DNA of 64,000 nucleotides from Phoronis australis (lineage: Eukaryota; Animalia; Phoronida). Under the pieces are notes generated by a model that worked only from the letters and a program-made list of their open reading frames with translations, did not search any database and was not told the DNA's origin. Below, in pieces: positions 14,001-56,570 of the stretch. The stretch spans positions 265,538-329,537 of the forward strand of contig NMRA01000444.1 of assembly GCA_002633005.1 (NCBI GenBank). The letters run 5' to 3'. The position numbers and the translations under genes were made by a program. The stretch's first letter is position 1. Each line of letters starts with the position of its first letter.

Positions 14001-16099
14001 CAAAAGATGAGTTCATTTTTGACAAAATGACATATCTTTTTGTACTATTTTGGTTTGTTTCGTCAAAAAGACATCTTTCTTAGAATACCAACGAAATAGT
14101 AAGGTTGATGGCATCATCCATACAAAAGGGTGGTATCTCTAGAACAAAATCCTACGTTCTGTGACTTTTCCGTGGAAGCTCCCTACTATTGGGCCACTTT
14201 TCGTGCCCACGCCTACCTTCAAAATGAATGGGCATCCCCCCGTCAAACATACAGTCGAGTATCCAGTACCTCCCCCCGGGGGTTGTTCCATGCCCTGTGT
14301 CTCTCCTAATTAGTTATTCCTGTCGTTGTTCGAAACACTGTAGAGACAGCCTCAGTACAAAATTGTTGTTGTGTAATTTCACTGAACTCGTGTAACGTGT
14401 AGGCCTATATCCATTCTCGGCTCCATCAGAGAGCTCTATTTCGTTTCAACGTCATCTTTTAAATGCAGCTGCGTGATACTCGTGTTGAATGATTGGTAAC
14501 GCGTGAGCCTATGCATTAATCCGTATACATGTAAAGTATAAACATGATATCACGTTAAGGTAATACTTTCAATTAGCTGCCGCCTATATTCATTGTGTTT
14601 TGATTTCAGAAGTTCTTTACCAGGAATAAGATCCAGATTTTACATCTTAGTGATATTTTTGACCAAGCTCGAACAAGCCATTTCAACTTTCAAGATAATT
14701 TGTTGTGGGCCTGCAACAAAGTCATTTGTTGGGCACATGTTGATGGCTCGTGCGTATTTTGTTACGTTACAAATCACCCTCCTGTTACAAAAACTGACCC
14801 GACATTCCGTTTTGAAATTTGTTTTAATTTCCGTGTTCCTTAGTCAAATTATGTATTGCGGGCTTGGCAAGACCTGGCAGTTCATTATAGCTTGAGGCTC
14901 TACAAGTTGTCACCGCGGGGCATTGTAAGAGCGAGTCGAACTGTTGTTTTTTAAGACAAAACCACGTCTTCTATGAGTGTGTAATAAGCTGACTATGACT
15001 TTTATAGCCACAAGAGGGCTAAGTCAAAAGTTTCTTTGACGAAACGCAGCTTTAAACTGAGTCTCTTTGAAGGGATACCAAACCCGCTTTTAGCCTATTA
15101 TCACATGTTAAGAACGATTTTCCATTGAATTCTCTAAAAAAAATTATGCTCTGTAACCTTCTACAACTTTCAAAAGTTTTGAGGAAAATTTCAGAGTTTA
15201 CTAAATGAACAAGCGTGGCCTATGCTTTTGGCGAATTACACGGCAGCTTTGGGGAAAGAAAACCCACCAAGGACTGTAATATCCAATTTGTGACATAAGG
15301 AGTGTGAGTTTCAGTTGAGTCGTGTTTTTATCCTTCCCGGTTGACGCCAATGATGAATTGGGAGGGAATCATCAAAACAGGGTTAAGTATCCTTTTAAAT
15401 TATTCTGTTATTTTCAAAAGAGTTTGATATGACCGAAATTCAAAAGAATACGTGTTCTTTGCGAACCCCTGCTACCTTTGGTTATTTTGCATGGTTGCCA
15501 GGCAACGTACTAAACAGCTGTTGTAGTGTATGTACTCCAGACCAAATGCGCACAGAGCACGCACAGGAATCGCCTCGGGTCCCGCTATATACCGTTTCAA
15601 TGCTGAGTGCATGTTATTGAAAATTTAATGATTACAATATTAAATGATACACACTTGATAAAAAGTATGTATTTAGTAGTTTCCATATATTAGGTGTCAG
15701 TGTTTTACTTGAGTTCATGTGATCTTTACTATACTCTTTTATTTCAAGTTATTTAAATGGGTCATTAGTGGGAAATGAGGCTCACAACGTGGAAAGGGAA
15801 GCGAGCCTACTGTCTCTGCTAACTGCTACATGAAGCTGAGGCGTGTTTATCTTCTCTTGTAAAAATGGTATAAATCGCTTATCGTTTCTGACACAAACCT
15901 CTAACTGGCGTCCATAATCCTCAAGCAACTGTTCGTTTTGTCGACTTAGCTCTTGATTTTTCTCCAGCAGCGCTTTACCAAGTTCGGCTGCTAAGATAAG
16001 ATCACGCTCTTTTTCGGCAAGTTGTTCGTATACGTCCATGTCATCACGTGACAGGCCGTCCATTGAGTCACGTGGCGAGTCCTGCACAAGCGTATCCAT
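5097..16099 (-). CDS. BICDL1: Bicaudal-D-related dynein cargo adaptor (BICDL1/CCDC64-like), 11 coding exons
   Basis: Minus-strand exons 16099-15899, 13792-13577, 11810-11694, 11052-10906, 10554-10285, 9640-9548, 9092-8913, 8478-8326, 7989-7904, 7505-7385, 5258-5097, all GT-AG and in phase. N-terminal EKERDLILAAELGKALLEKN (CC1 box, AAxxG), central SLFEEL motif, C-terminal LNRQLLQAVEQKMALSEQLEKWQEDM typical of BICDL. Ends KKWRFAFW*. BICDL1 versus BICDL2 orthology cannot be resolved here. Confidence 0.85.
6335..6469. mobile_element. Short MITE (copy 1)
   Basis: Inverted ends GTTCATTAATGCTAGGACCT / AGGTCCTAGCGTTACTGAAC. Homologous copy in the opposite orientation at 56251-56402. TSD not resolved. 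Confidence 0.65.
6696..6901. mobile_element. Diverged inverted copy of the 21034-21243 MITE
   Basis: GGGGCTCGAATTTTTGAGAATG..TTTTTGTTTCTC..GCGGACCTTTT..GGGTACGCGCATG matches the reverse complement of 21034-21243. Confidence 0.55.
12150..12430. repeat. Degenerate trinucleotide low-complexity tract (ACA/ATG/ATC/GTC)
   Basis: Runs of CAA, GAT, TCA and TCG in a BICDL intron, which explain the spurious Asp-rich ORF. Confidence 0.7.
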
Positions 16100-19000
16100 G
16101 TCTTTAGACCAAGTCGCTAGATGACCGTGTAACGGTCTAACGATTTGTCGCTCACATTTCGTAATGATATGTTGGCACACGATTTCTTAGCATTCGTTAT
16201 TCCTCTCTGAAAAAGTCACCTGGGTAATGATTACTTGATTACTTAACTACATGCAGGCAGAAACTCTTGGGATTTACAAAGACAATTCTATTACCTGTTC
16301 AGGGGAAAACAACTTGTCAATAAAATCAAGACTTCGGGAATTTACCTTTGTCATAAAAGAAGTTCTAACAGGTGCGAAAAGGCGAAACAACACGGTTTCT
16401 GACAGTCAGGATTGTCTTCGCAGTGTGATAAGATAAAACACCAACGCTTTGACACAGTCATAGAGTCTAAGATAAACGTTTATAACAGAACTACCAAGTT
16501 CATCGATTTTTCGCCAGGTGTGCTATCAAAAACTCGACTGAATACTTAAGTGTTGCATCTGTTGAAATCGTGTTAGAGTCGCCGAAGCAGGCTCGTACAG
16601 TATCTTGCGTTGAAAAACTATACATGAGCCCGGCGAAGTAGACATAAGCTTATAAAATTTATGTTTACAACGACCTTTACTTCTAGCTGAAACTCTCGCA
16701 ATCTTCCACGAATACAATTTTACAATTTCAACGTTCAGTTTTGAATCATCTATATTCCAGTGTTCACTACATTATGACTTACATCTTTAGTCTGGTTTTC
16801 GTGTGAGTACAAAATCACCTCATATACAAGCGCCAGCCTTACCTTTAGCAATGATGATATCACCGAAACAAAGTGATAATGACAGGGGCCTTAGATATGA
16901 CGTGAGAACCAGCGTATCAAAACTTGGCTTGCTCGTTTTCTATTCGTTCACCAACGCGTGTAACTTCGAGATAACTAATACTTTTCGCTCTTGTCACTAA
17001 TCGTTTACCGCGGCTAGCAAACATATGCGCGTATACATAAACTATCGATATATATTTTGTGCTAATAAATACGGGTCGCTTGCACAATGTAACTAGTCGG
17101 ACTGAATGCTAATTTATGGGATTATGAAATCTATAGTGAAGGCTGCATTATGTAAAGTTTTTGTAATGGCCACTTGTATGATTAATTGGTCTCTAGGTAG
17201 GGTAACGCATGGTTGATGGAACTTCGTACTAATGGCAGCCATTGTACGGCTTGTTGCATTAACATTAGAAATTGATTTCTTGCAATAACTGCTACACAAT
17301 TATTCCATTCCAAAATAAAACATTTCTGTTCACAAAACAGTATTTTGATTACATACCTTTTGTATCACTATGGATTGCGTGAAACGATGACCTTAACACA
17401 AAGCTACGTGCAATCTCCTGCTGGCAATATGTCTAATATCTGGCTACAATTTAACATGGCTGTATTATAGCACTATCACAAACCTTATCAGACTTATCTA
17501 GTTACGATAATTTATGACTTAGGTAAACACGGATACTAAATCGTGTGAACGCGACATCTTTTGGACGAGCAGGATCATGTGCGCCAATGACGTGGCTGAT
17601 TAAGGTTAAAAAAAGATTAAGAGGCGCATTTTAACTAAACGTTTACTGTGAAGTGTGTCCTGCTATGCCATTTTACACAATTTGAATTTGCGGCATAATG
17701 TAATTCCATATAAGGTTTTGAAAATGTTCAGAAATTAATATGCCCATTTCCGGAGGCGTTTTCTTGTGTTTTTTATTAGTCATAGTCGGATTCCATAGAT
17801 CTTGGTGGTTTGTCTGACATAGCACGTGACCAGAACTGGAAATTACTTTTACGAAATACGCGAGTAAAGCTTGTCAAGAAATCATGCTGAAGATTAAATT
17901 TTTCAATGACAAGATCATCAAGATCTACCTGTCTACATCAGGATCTACCTGAGTGTCTACATCAGGATCCGATCTACCTGTTACCGTCGCAGATATGTAG
18001 GCCTATTAACTTAAAAAAAAAATTTATCAACGTCGCGTAGTGACAAATAAGTAAATTAGAAGCAAGCGAAATTAAAATTTCACGAGTCTCACTTACGAGG
18101 CCGATCGACAAAATCTAGTCACAAGAATAGATGCGGAATAGACTATATACCGAGGAATGGACAAAATTGTCAATTATTTTATACGTTCAAACGCCGGGCT
18201 ATCCGGCTAATAACTATAAACGCACGCCAAATGATTTATTATATTCTGCATTAAATAAAACCATTACAGCTCTACATATTTTGAGGGTGCCTTCAGTGTT
18301 GCTGAATGTGCGGCTCGCGACAACTGAACTCAGACAGAAATGATGCGAGCATGCCGAGGTTGGTCAACCCTAGGCAATTACATAGTCCCATAGAGTGCCG
18401 CAGGCATACAGGAGCGATGGTACATCCCCACAAAAAGTTACGAATTTCAACATACAGGAAATAAAAATCAAATTAAACTTGCATATGTGCACATGTAGTT
18501 ATAAACACCTCATAGTGTTAAGATAACTTGAACGAATCGATGAAAATCTGTCGCTCCAGTTTGTCTTGTACCGGGTGCCATTTTTAGGAACATGAAATCA
18601 GGCATCGGTTGACGCATAAAAAGTGCAAGAGACACAAATATTACAAATTTCTCCTTATGCCTTCTCCGCTATGCTATTTTGCAAGTGTCGACTAGCTTGG
18701 CGCTCACATTTTCTCGCGCTAGCCTTTGCCTAACGCACATGACTCAGTTGACATACTTTGTGATTCCGCGCCCGTGGTTCGGAAAAAGTTAACAGCAACC
18801 AAAAATGTAGAGTTGGAATTCTTCACCAAAGTCAACTTAATTTTCACTACTAAGTTTCTTCGAAGATACGTATACTAGTAGAAATGGGCCAATGAAGAAA
18901 GAAGCGCTTTTGTAATTGATAGTTTTAAGCGTGGAATGTATTTTTGACGAGATGAAAACTCAAAATCGGTGGCCGGATTTGCCCTACCGCCCGTTTAAAA

Positions 19001-19317
19001 TACGTGCATGGAACGAAATGCATACAGAAAGGGATGGGAAGTATTGTAGCCCCTAACCGGCCAACCGAGGGCGGGCTACGTGTTGCCTAGGTCAACTCCA
19101 AAACTCTGAAGGGCATGTTTTGTTGAGTCGCTGATGTTCGATGTGTCTGTTGTATATTTTCAATTTCTTTCGGTATTCCTCACTCGTGGTCTTCAACCTC
19201 CGTGCTGCGCCGGGAGTAGACATTTCCCCCATCATTTCATTACTGCCGGCTCGGCTTCCTACGTGACTACAGTGGCAACGCCGGCAGCATCATCTCAACG
19301 GTGTGACACACGCAAAC

Positions 19318-19398
19318 CTCGCTCAGTGCTTCCCTGCGTGCTTAGGTGCTCAGCTACCAGCTACCGCCCCACCTAGCGGCACGCAGGGAACCAGCGAG
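19318..19398. mobile_element. 81-bp hairpin MITE-like insertion with 10-bp TSD
   Basis: ACACGCAAAC at 19308-19317 and 19399-19408. Internal inverted arms CTCGCT..TTCCCTGCGTGC..TAGGTG / CACCTA..GCACGCAGGGAA..AGCGAG. Confidence 0.7.
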
Positions 19399-19430
19399 AC
19401 ACGCAAACAATAGGTGGCGACAGTTACCCA

Positions 19431-19548
19431 TAACCCGGAAGTCGTTTTCCGCCAATCAAATTTGAACAGAAACGACAGCACGGGCGGTTTATTTCAAAAC
19501 ACACAGTCGGCTGAGTTCTGCAGTGATAACAAAATAAAATCGTGTCAG
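19431..19548 (+). promoter_or_regulatory. Putative CIT core promoter and non-coding first exon
   Basis: Local CpG enrichment. ETS site CCGGAAGT (19435-19442), CCAAT (19452-19456), CHR-type TTTGAA (19461-19466), reverse TTCAAA (19493-19498), and a donor CAG|GTTAGT at 19548/9 that could splice to the acceptor at 21498 just before the ATG. Confidence 0.45.
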
Positions 19549-19738
19549 GTTAGTACTTAGTGATACATGCTGACTTCACATTCCCCATACAACTATTAGC
19601 TGTTGGTTGTTCTTCAAGTTGTTTGTCTAACTTTTCTTAACATGACATGAGCAAATTATGTGGTGCCCATCGAGAACAGTGTCACCGTGCCGAAACGAAT
19701 TAGAGATCTGAAATCACTGACACTGTCTCATGATGTCG

Positions 19739-20638
19739 TAGGCAATGACCATCGCCTCTGTTGGCCCGAAGCAGAGGCGATGTAGAGGCTATAGGCGCTC
19801 TGTACGCCGGAAGCTTTTCGGCGAATTATGCCTCGCACCGACTAAACCATCAAAGTCACGTTGTTACAAATACCTTTTGCGCATAGAGGAACACCTTAGG
19901 AGGTTGTCGATGTGTTTAATTCCTTCCAACTCGAACAAATACTCCCGTTATGAAACTTTTTCTTCGAGCAGTCCCTATTTCAGTTCCCAAAATCGTGAAC
20001 TCAACTTTTTTATACTGCGCACGCTCCAATTCATGACCTCAATCTTTAAATAGGCCAAAGGTGAGCCATTGCGGTCTTGGCAGTCAAATGTTCGTTTCCA
20101 AAATGCCACCACTTATACTTGTCTTTAATTGGCGTTACTTGAAACTGATTGTATTTCAATGAATCATTGTTTGTATTTGATAAAAACAAATGCTGTTGAT
20201 ATGACATTTAATAGTCTTTTTGCACATATTTGACATTTTAATGTTTAACAACACGGCAAATGCACGGCTGGTTCCCGGCAGCACGTACGCGAAGGGCGGG
20301 AACTTCAGCTTTCAAAGTTCGCCGGTAGGTCCGCAACTTCTGACCTTCGGCCTGGTTAAAAAAATGAAAAAGTTGAGTTCACGATTTTGGGAACTGAAAT
20401 AGGGACTGCTCGAAGAAAAAGTTTCATAACGGGAGTATTTGTTCGAGTTGGAAGGAATTAAACACATCGACAACCTCCTAAGGTGTTCCTCTATGCGCAA
20501 AAGGTATTTGTAACAACGTGACTTTGATGGTTTAGTCGGTGCGAGGCATAATTCGCCGAAAAGCTTCCGGCGTACAGAGCGCCTATAGCCTCTACATCGC
20601 CTCTGCTTCGGGCCAACAGAGGCGATGGTCATTGCCTA
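19739..20638. mobile_element. Non-autonomous DNA transposon, 900 bp, 272-bp TIRs, 9-bp TSD (AcademH- or MULE-like)
   Basis: 19739-20010 is the reverse complement of 20367-20638 with no mismatch seen by eye. Termini TAGGC...GCCTA. ATGATGTCG on both sides (19730-19738, 20639-20647). No transposase ORF. Confidence 0.92.
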
Positions 20639-21033
20639 ATGATGTCGATGACTGCTCTCCCAAGCATTGACTTTTCATCATTTCTGCTTGAAGCTTTGTC
20701 ATAAAGTACAAGGGTAATCCTATAGTTCAACCATATTATTTATCCGGAAAGTCAAACCACTGAAACTTTCATAATCAACTTAATTTAAAAATACCTGAAA
20801 TTATGTAATGACCACAACCACCTTACACCATTGACGGCAGACTTCGGACAATTTTATACCTGAGAAATAGAAAAGTGTAAGTCGAATTAATATTATCTTG
20901 AACACCTTGAGTCAAAACAACATGTCCCTAAAACATTAATCTTCATTCTAACCCTAGCCTTTTGAAGGTGATTGATGATTCATATTTGACTCTTTTGAAG
21001 TATTTATAAGTATCAAAATGATTGGAATAGTTT

Positions 21034-21243
21034 CATGCGTGCACCCCTTGCGAAATGGGCAAAAAGGTCCGCGTTGGAGAAACAAAAAGTCCGAAAAAGT
21101 AGAAAATGAGACAAAAGTCCACGTACTAAAAAGGCATAATTTGGCTGAACGTACCTCATTTTTTGTTTTTTATTTTTTCTAGTAAAATGACCGCATTCTC
21201 AGAAATTCGAGCCCCCACCATTTTTAGGCTGGGTGCGCGCATG
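21034..21243. mobile_element. ~210-bp MITE with 13-bp TIRs
   Basis: CATGCGTGCACCC / GGGTGCGCGCATG, with AGTTT on both flanks (possible 5-bp TSD). A homologous inverted copy lies at ~6696-6901. Confidence 0.6.
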
Positions 21244-21500
21244 AGTTTGTATGATTTAAATACTGTAGGTTTGCCTTTCAAACAGCTTAAAGTGCTAAAC
21301 TACAGGATCACCAATACAAGAAAGTTCAAGTAAGTCGATCATTACATGGAATAAAACACCTCTTTCTGTAGTATTGAAAATCAATCCATGGAAATATGTA
21401 CTTACATAAGTTACTCAATGATTTCTCTTGAGGTGCATGCAGAAGTTCGATGTCCGGCTTTCTTCACAACATTGTACTCGTTTCTTTTGTTCTGACAGCC

Positions 21501-51698
<30,198 letters not shown>

Positions 51699-52302
51699 GG
51701 ATCTAACTGTATCATGAGCTGTTCAAAGGATGTCAAAATTGAAAGGAGATTGATGGAGATTATTTGATGGAGATTATTTATACAGTGCACCATAGTCTGT
51801 TTAGAGATGATTGTTGGTACTTGATGTACTACATAAACAAACAAATGTTGTGCATCACACGTGTGGACTGGGTTTATTCATTTTGAGGACTTAGTAAAGA
51901 CTACCAAGATGTCAGTATTGAACTATGTAGCATTAATAGACTGGTCTTAAAGTTGTGGAATCAAACAGCACGAAAGCCTGTATGTTTCAATATTTGCAAA
52001 CTAACATGTACAAGCACGCTTTTGCTTGTCCAGGAATTATATGCGTGAAGTGGGCGTGAGTTTTGCTTCAATTTTTTGTGTACGTTTCGTATCCTTTTAT
52101 TAGATAATCTAAAAACTCCATAATAACCATTTCATCTTGGACCTAGTTGCCATAGTATTGCCTAGTATGCAAAACTGGTGAGAGCTTTTGTGTACTTTGT
52201 ATTGGCTGCAAGTGTTACTATGGGTTCAATGACATGTGAATCAACACCAGGCTAAACTTTTTAGGAGATTATGGTAGTTTGTCATAATGTTTACCATGAG
52301 TT

Positions 52303-52397
52303 AGCTGGTCATAGTACTGACAGTATGTATTGAGCTGGTCATAGTACTGACAGTATTTATTGAGCTGGTCATAGTACTGACAGTATGTATCGAGCTG
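52303..52397. repeat. 30-bp minisatellite x3 in the presumed CIT 3'UTR
   Basis: GAGCTGGTCATAGTACTGACAGTATGTATT units. Confidence 0.9.
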
Positions 52398-53333
52398 TCA
52401 GTTTCATTACTCTCTTGTTCCAATTCACTGGCCTGTGATTTAGTAGTTGTGGTACACTCCATGCTTGCTAGTCCTTACTTGTGTATCATGTGGTATTGCT
52501 ATCTGTTGTTTGTAGTTGTGATATATTTATTTCGCCTTTTGGTACTGTTTTGTCAAGTTTTAAACCTATTACTTGATACTTTGTTACATAAAAAGCCAGT
52601 ATTGTAAAACAAGTTCCAGTGCATGTTTTCAAACTTCAAATGTTGCCACTCGGCAAGTGAAGTAAACATTCATATTCTTAATGTAAAAACTGATTTAGAA
52701 ACTAACTACAAAAAAAATCAGTTGAAAAAATGTACTGCATTATTCATGAAAATGTGTTTTGATTTTTGCCAAAAACTCTAGACCTTATGCATACACATGT
52801 AAAGGTGTCGAGGAACATCCGTGGATGTAATGTGATGTTGTCATTTGTAGGCTCTTATGACTTGGCCTGTTTTGTGTTTGATTTTCAGTGGTTAAGGAAC
52901 TACAGTTAAAAGAATAGTTTGAGAACTTACATTGTAATTTGTTCTAAGGTATAATTTCATCCTTAGAATTAAGTTTGTGAAATTAGTTTATTTCAATCAT
53001 TACTAATCAGTGTATGCTTGATTGTATGGTGGGTGATACTAGTACTTATTCCATGGAGTGTGTTTGAGAACATTGTGTTTAAGAATGAATGTGAAAGTCA
53101 CCTGTGTTAACTGCATATTCTGTACATCACTCAGCAAAATATCCTGCGATATCATCTTACCTGGTGCGTGACTGTCAACCCATTGAATTGTGATGACTGG
53201 GGGGACAGCCTTGTATCAATATCTTTGTAGGTTATTGATATTGTATTTACATGTATTTACAGTTCTTGTCTTTGACTTGCTGTGTCACTGGGTACACCTG
53301 GTGTACACCTGTAGCTGCTGAAGATTATCACGT

Positions 53334-53339
53334 AATAAA
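53334..53339 (+). terminator. Probable CIT polyadenylation signal
   Basis: AATAAA ~1.6 kb after the CIT stop, followed by a T/GT-rich stretch. Confidence 0.4.
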
Positions 53340-56250
53340 TAGATGATGAGCAGTTAGTTATTTCTCGTGTTATTTATCATTCTTTCAAAATGATTGAAAC
53401 CCCTCTTAACCTACCCTCTGTCAAAAATCAGTCTTTAACCTGACGTATCACTTTATGCACCAAGAAGGGTCTCAAATAACAATGATCAGTTCTTACCAAG
53501 CTATTCACTTCTAAATTGAGAAAAGAACAATTTGACATTAGTCTGATAATTGTTGGTATCAAAAATCAAAATTGTATCTGTTTTTGGAAGAAGGCAATTC
53601 ATAACTAAGCTGATGCAAACTGTTATAAATTGACACTATGCCCCTGCTTCTTGTCAGCTACTTTTGTAAAATTGATATTTCCGTGGAATGAAAGACACAT
53701 TGTTCAGCTAAAACATTGTTCTCATGCAGAGTCCGGCATGAGTGTCCCGGTGCTAGCGCATGCAGAGTCCGGCAGCATGAGTGTCACGGTGCTAGCTTAC
53801 GTGGAAATGGAAGCGTATAATTATCTCCATAGTTTAGCACAACAGTTGTAATCATGTTTATAAACCTAACCGGCGGGGTTCTCTCAGGAACCATTTTCAA
53901 GTACTCTACCCGGCCGGATAATAATTCCAAAGTGGTCGATTTTTCGTTTACGACGGACACTGGCAAAAGGCAAAAACTGGCCTCTGGCGCACCCTTTCTA
54001 GCTGCGTATCAAAGCCTCTGTGACCGATGTTGACGAAACAACTGACTGTGTTTGAGTTGAGTGATCTAATTATGAATGACGAGGAACTTGAAAAACAAAC
54101 TTCATGAAGCCTCATAAAGTGATGCATTCAGTTGGCAAACATCAGAATATTGTTTGGTGTGGCCTTGGCAAACATCGGAATATTATTGGGTGTGGCCTTG
54201 GCAGAGCTGCCAATCACCTCAACGTGTTTTGTTGACTGAAATAATTAAAAGTTAAAGAATATTCGCCATGATCATTGAGCACAAGTCAACTCCAAACAAT
54301 TCAAAGCTAATCGAAAATATAAGAAACAATAATTCATTAACCTGTTCAATTGAAAACGGAAACGGTGACAGTAAAAAATTCCGTAAACGCCGTTTGTATT
54401 GGTCAGTTCTAGCAGGACTACTAAGGAATGTCTTTCTACGTGCTTGGGAGATGCATTGATACAATTAGGTCCAGTGCGCGACTTGAGATAAAGTATTTGT
54501 GTAGACAACTGTGATTGCATGGTATACCGGATGAGTCATTGTTTTACTAAAACAACTGAGGGCATGACTTTACAAAATATCGCGCAAAAGCATTTCTTTC
54601 CTATTCTATTAATTGCTTTGAGTGATAGACGCATTAGCTATCTTTGCTTTGAGTTACCAGCCCACTGGCCGCCGGCTACCCGACCCCTGATGTAGGTCGG
54701 AAAGGCGCACTCCGGCCCGGCGAGCACCGGGAACAGTCAACTAATTAAGTGGCCGACTATAGTACGCCCACACTGATGGCATTGAGTGCGCATAAGTAAC
54801 TCTGTAACTTTTTACTCCGGAACCAAGGATCACTGACTTTTGACATTTTTTTAATTCACGGAGAAAAAAATACGCAAAGGCATACCCCACAGCTAGTAGC
54901 CGACTTTTCATGATTTTGGACATTCATTGCGCCAGAGGGCGCCTGTTCACATCTTTTTACTCTCGATGTCTTTTTACCATATTGAAATCGCGTTCTCATC
55001 TGGTCTTCAAGTCCTGAACCCATCCATGTTAGTTGACGAATACAACGAATGCGACTGAGAGACTGAGGCCCAGGTGAAGAACTCGTCAGTGGCTCACGGA
55101 GACCGTAGGCTATTTTGTTTAAGCATGATGCCGAGCACAGTTTCAATCAAGAATCATTGTATTTAGCGTCGTTCGAAGAACACCTATCATTTGCCAGTTG
55201 GGCTATTTCTACGACATTAAATTTAACATAAATGCTATAATCTAGCTAATCACAAAAAGAAACGATTGTGTCATATACTCATAGACTACTAATATCTATG
55301 ATATACTAGGCCTACTTTGCATCATAACCTGGAGTGTTTACAAAGAGAACAGCTGCATTCGGGACCTGTCCCGCAAAACTCTGTTGTGCGCAACTGAGTG
55401 TTCCCGGCAGACCCGAGCAGCCTCGAAACGAAAAGGTTTTTTTACCGTTTTTTGACAGTTTTAACTTGAGGAATATCTAAACGGTTGCTGTAGCGAAAGG
55501 AGTAATTGTTTTCTTGCTTCTTTTAAAGTGAAAGAAGTGTTTTGGGTGACTAATCGGCCCGGCATAAAGAATTTTAAATATATGCCTACCGAAGTCTGTG
55601 TAGATGATGAAGGGGTGGTTTGTTAGCTTGTGAGAGTAGTTGTTCGTGCGTGCTAACGTCGCTGTTGTGAACAAAACGAATGGCTCTGAGTAGAAGTTTT
55701 TCAAGTTTCAGTATCAGTATTTTCTTTCGAGCACGAAAAATGCCATGCCAAAGGGGTCAGAGCAGTTGAAATTTGCCGGATAGGCCTAAGGAGTGAAGGC
55801 AAGTCTGCCGTTTCACAATAGTTTAATTACATTCTCATGCTGAGAACGTAATGTACCATGAGGGAAACATTAATGTATTGCTGAAACTAGGGATAATACG
55901 ATGCACGTAACTTTCCTTGAAATCCCGGAGCACCATCACAGACGTCTCCACTGGTACCATCATCATCGCACAATGAAGGCTCCCTGGGAGAGCACTAACA
56001 GACGGCGCTGTTGCTTATTATTCCAAGATGGTTTCCCACAGGCAGAGTGCGAAGGAGTGTGGTTAAGATATTGCTATAATCTAAGTATTCATCCCGAGAA
56101 GAAGTGAGTTTTCGGTTTTGAGATAGTTTGTGGCATTATATATTCCTAAATATTTATATTTGTGTGTATGTTCGTTTCTTAAGCCTTAAAAATACTAACT
56201 CGTGCTACACCACGTCCACGGGCCTGCTGTCTTCTGCTGAGCCTGAGTTG

Positions 56251-56402
56251 ACGCTTGGACCTCGCTAAAAAGCAAGAGTTCGCGAGATTACGTGAGATAT
56301 TGTCATGTATTTTCAATAAGATTGCATGATTTTGGCTAGATTTTAGCAAGGTCCTGGCAAGGAGTATCCTTGGTGCCAGCAGAGGTCCTAGCGTTACTGA
56401 AC
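56251..56402. mobile_element. Short MITE (copy 2, inverted relative to 6335-6469)
   Basis: GGACCTCGCTAAAAAGCAAGA..TTCGCGAGATTACG..GGCTAGATTTTAGC is the reverse complement of the copy-1 interior. Ends AGGTCCTAGCGTTACTGAAC. Confidence 0.6.
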
Positions 56403-56433
56403 TCTTAACCGATTTGCGTGTGTTGCAGTAGTG

Positions 56434-56570
56434 GAAGGTGCATCAGTCCTAAGCCGAAGATGCACTAGTCCAAAGGTGCACTATTTTGAAGGTGCACTAG
56501 TTCGAAGGTGCACTAGTCAGGAAGTACACTAGTCCAAAAGTACACTAGTCCGAAGGTCCTCTAATCCGAA
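56434..56570. repeat. ~16-17-bp minisatellite
   Basis: GAAGGTGCACTAGTCC-like units, about 7 copies. Confidence 0.8.

Noticed and set aside
18380-19000. Possible Kolobok-like transposon remnant, with weak similarity to 54770-54930
   Set aside because: I could not identify paired TIRs or a TSD, so the evidence is too weak to call.
19745-20632. Two ORFs (19745+ and 20632-) encoding the same ~90-aa peptide
   Set aside because: They are a by-product of the element's inverted repeats. No domain motif or splice context.
55901-56107. His-rich ORF ending at a GTGAGT donor upstream of the RS gene
   Set aside because: Splicing 56103->58305 puts it out of frame with the long ORF. It is at most a 5'UTR exon or uORF.
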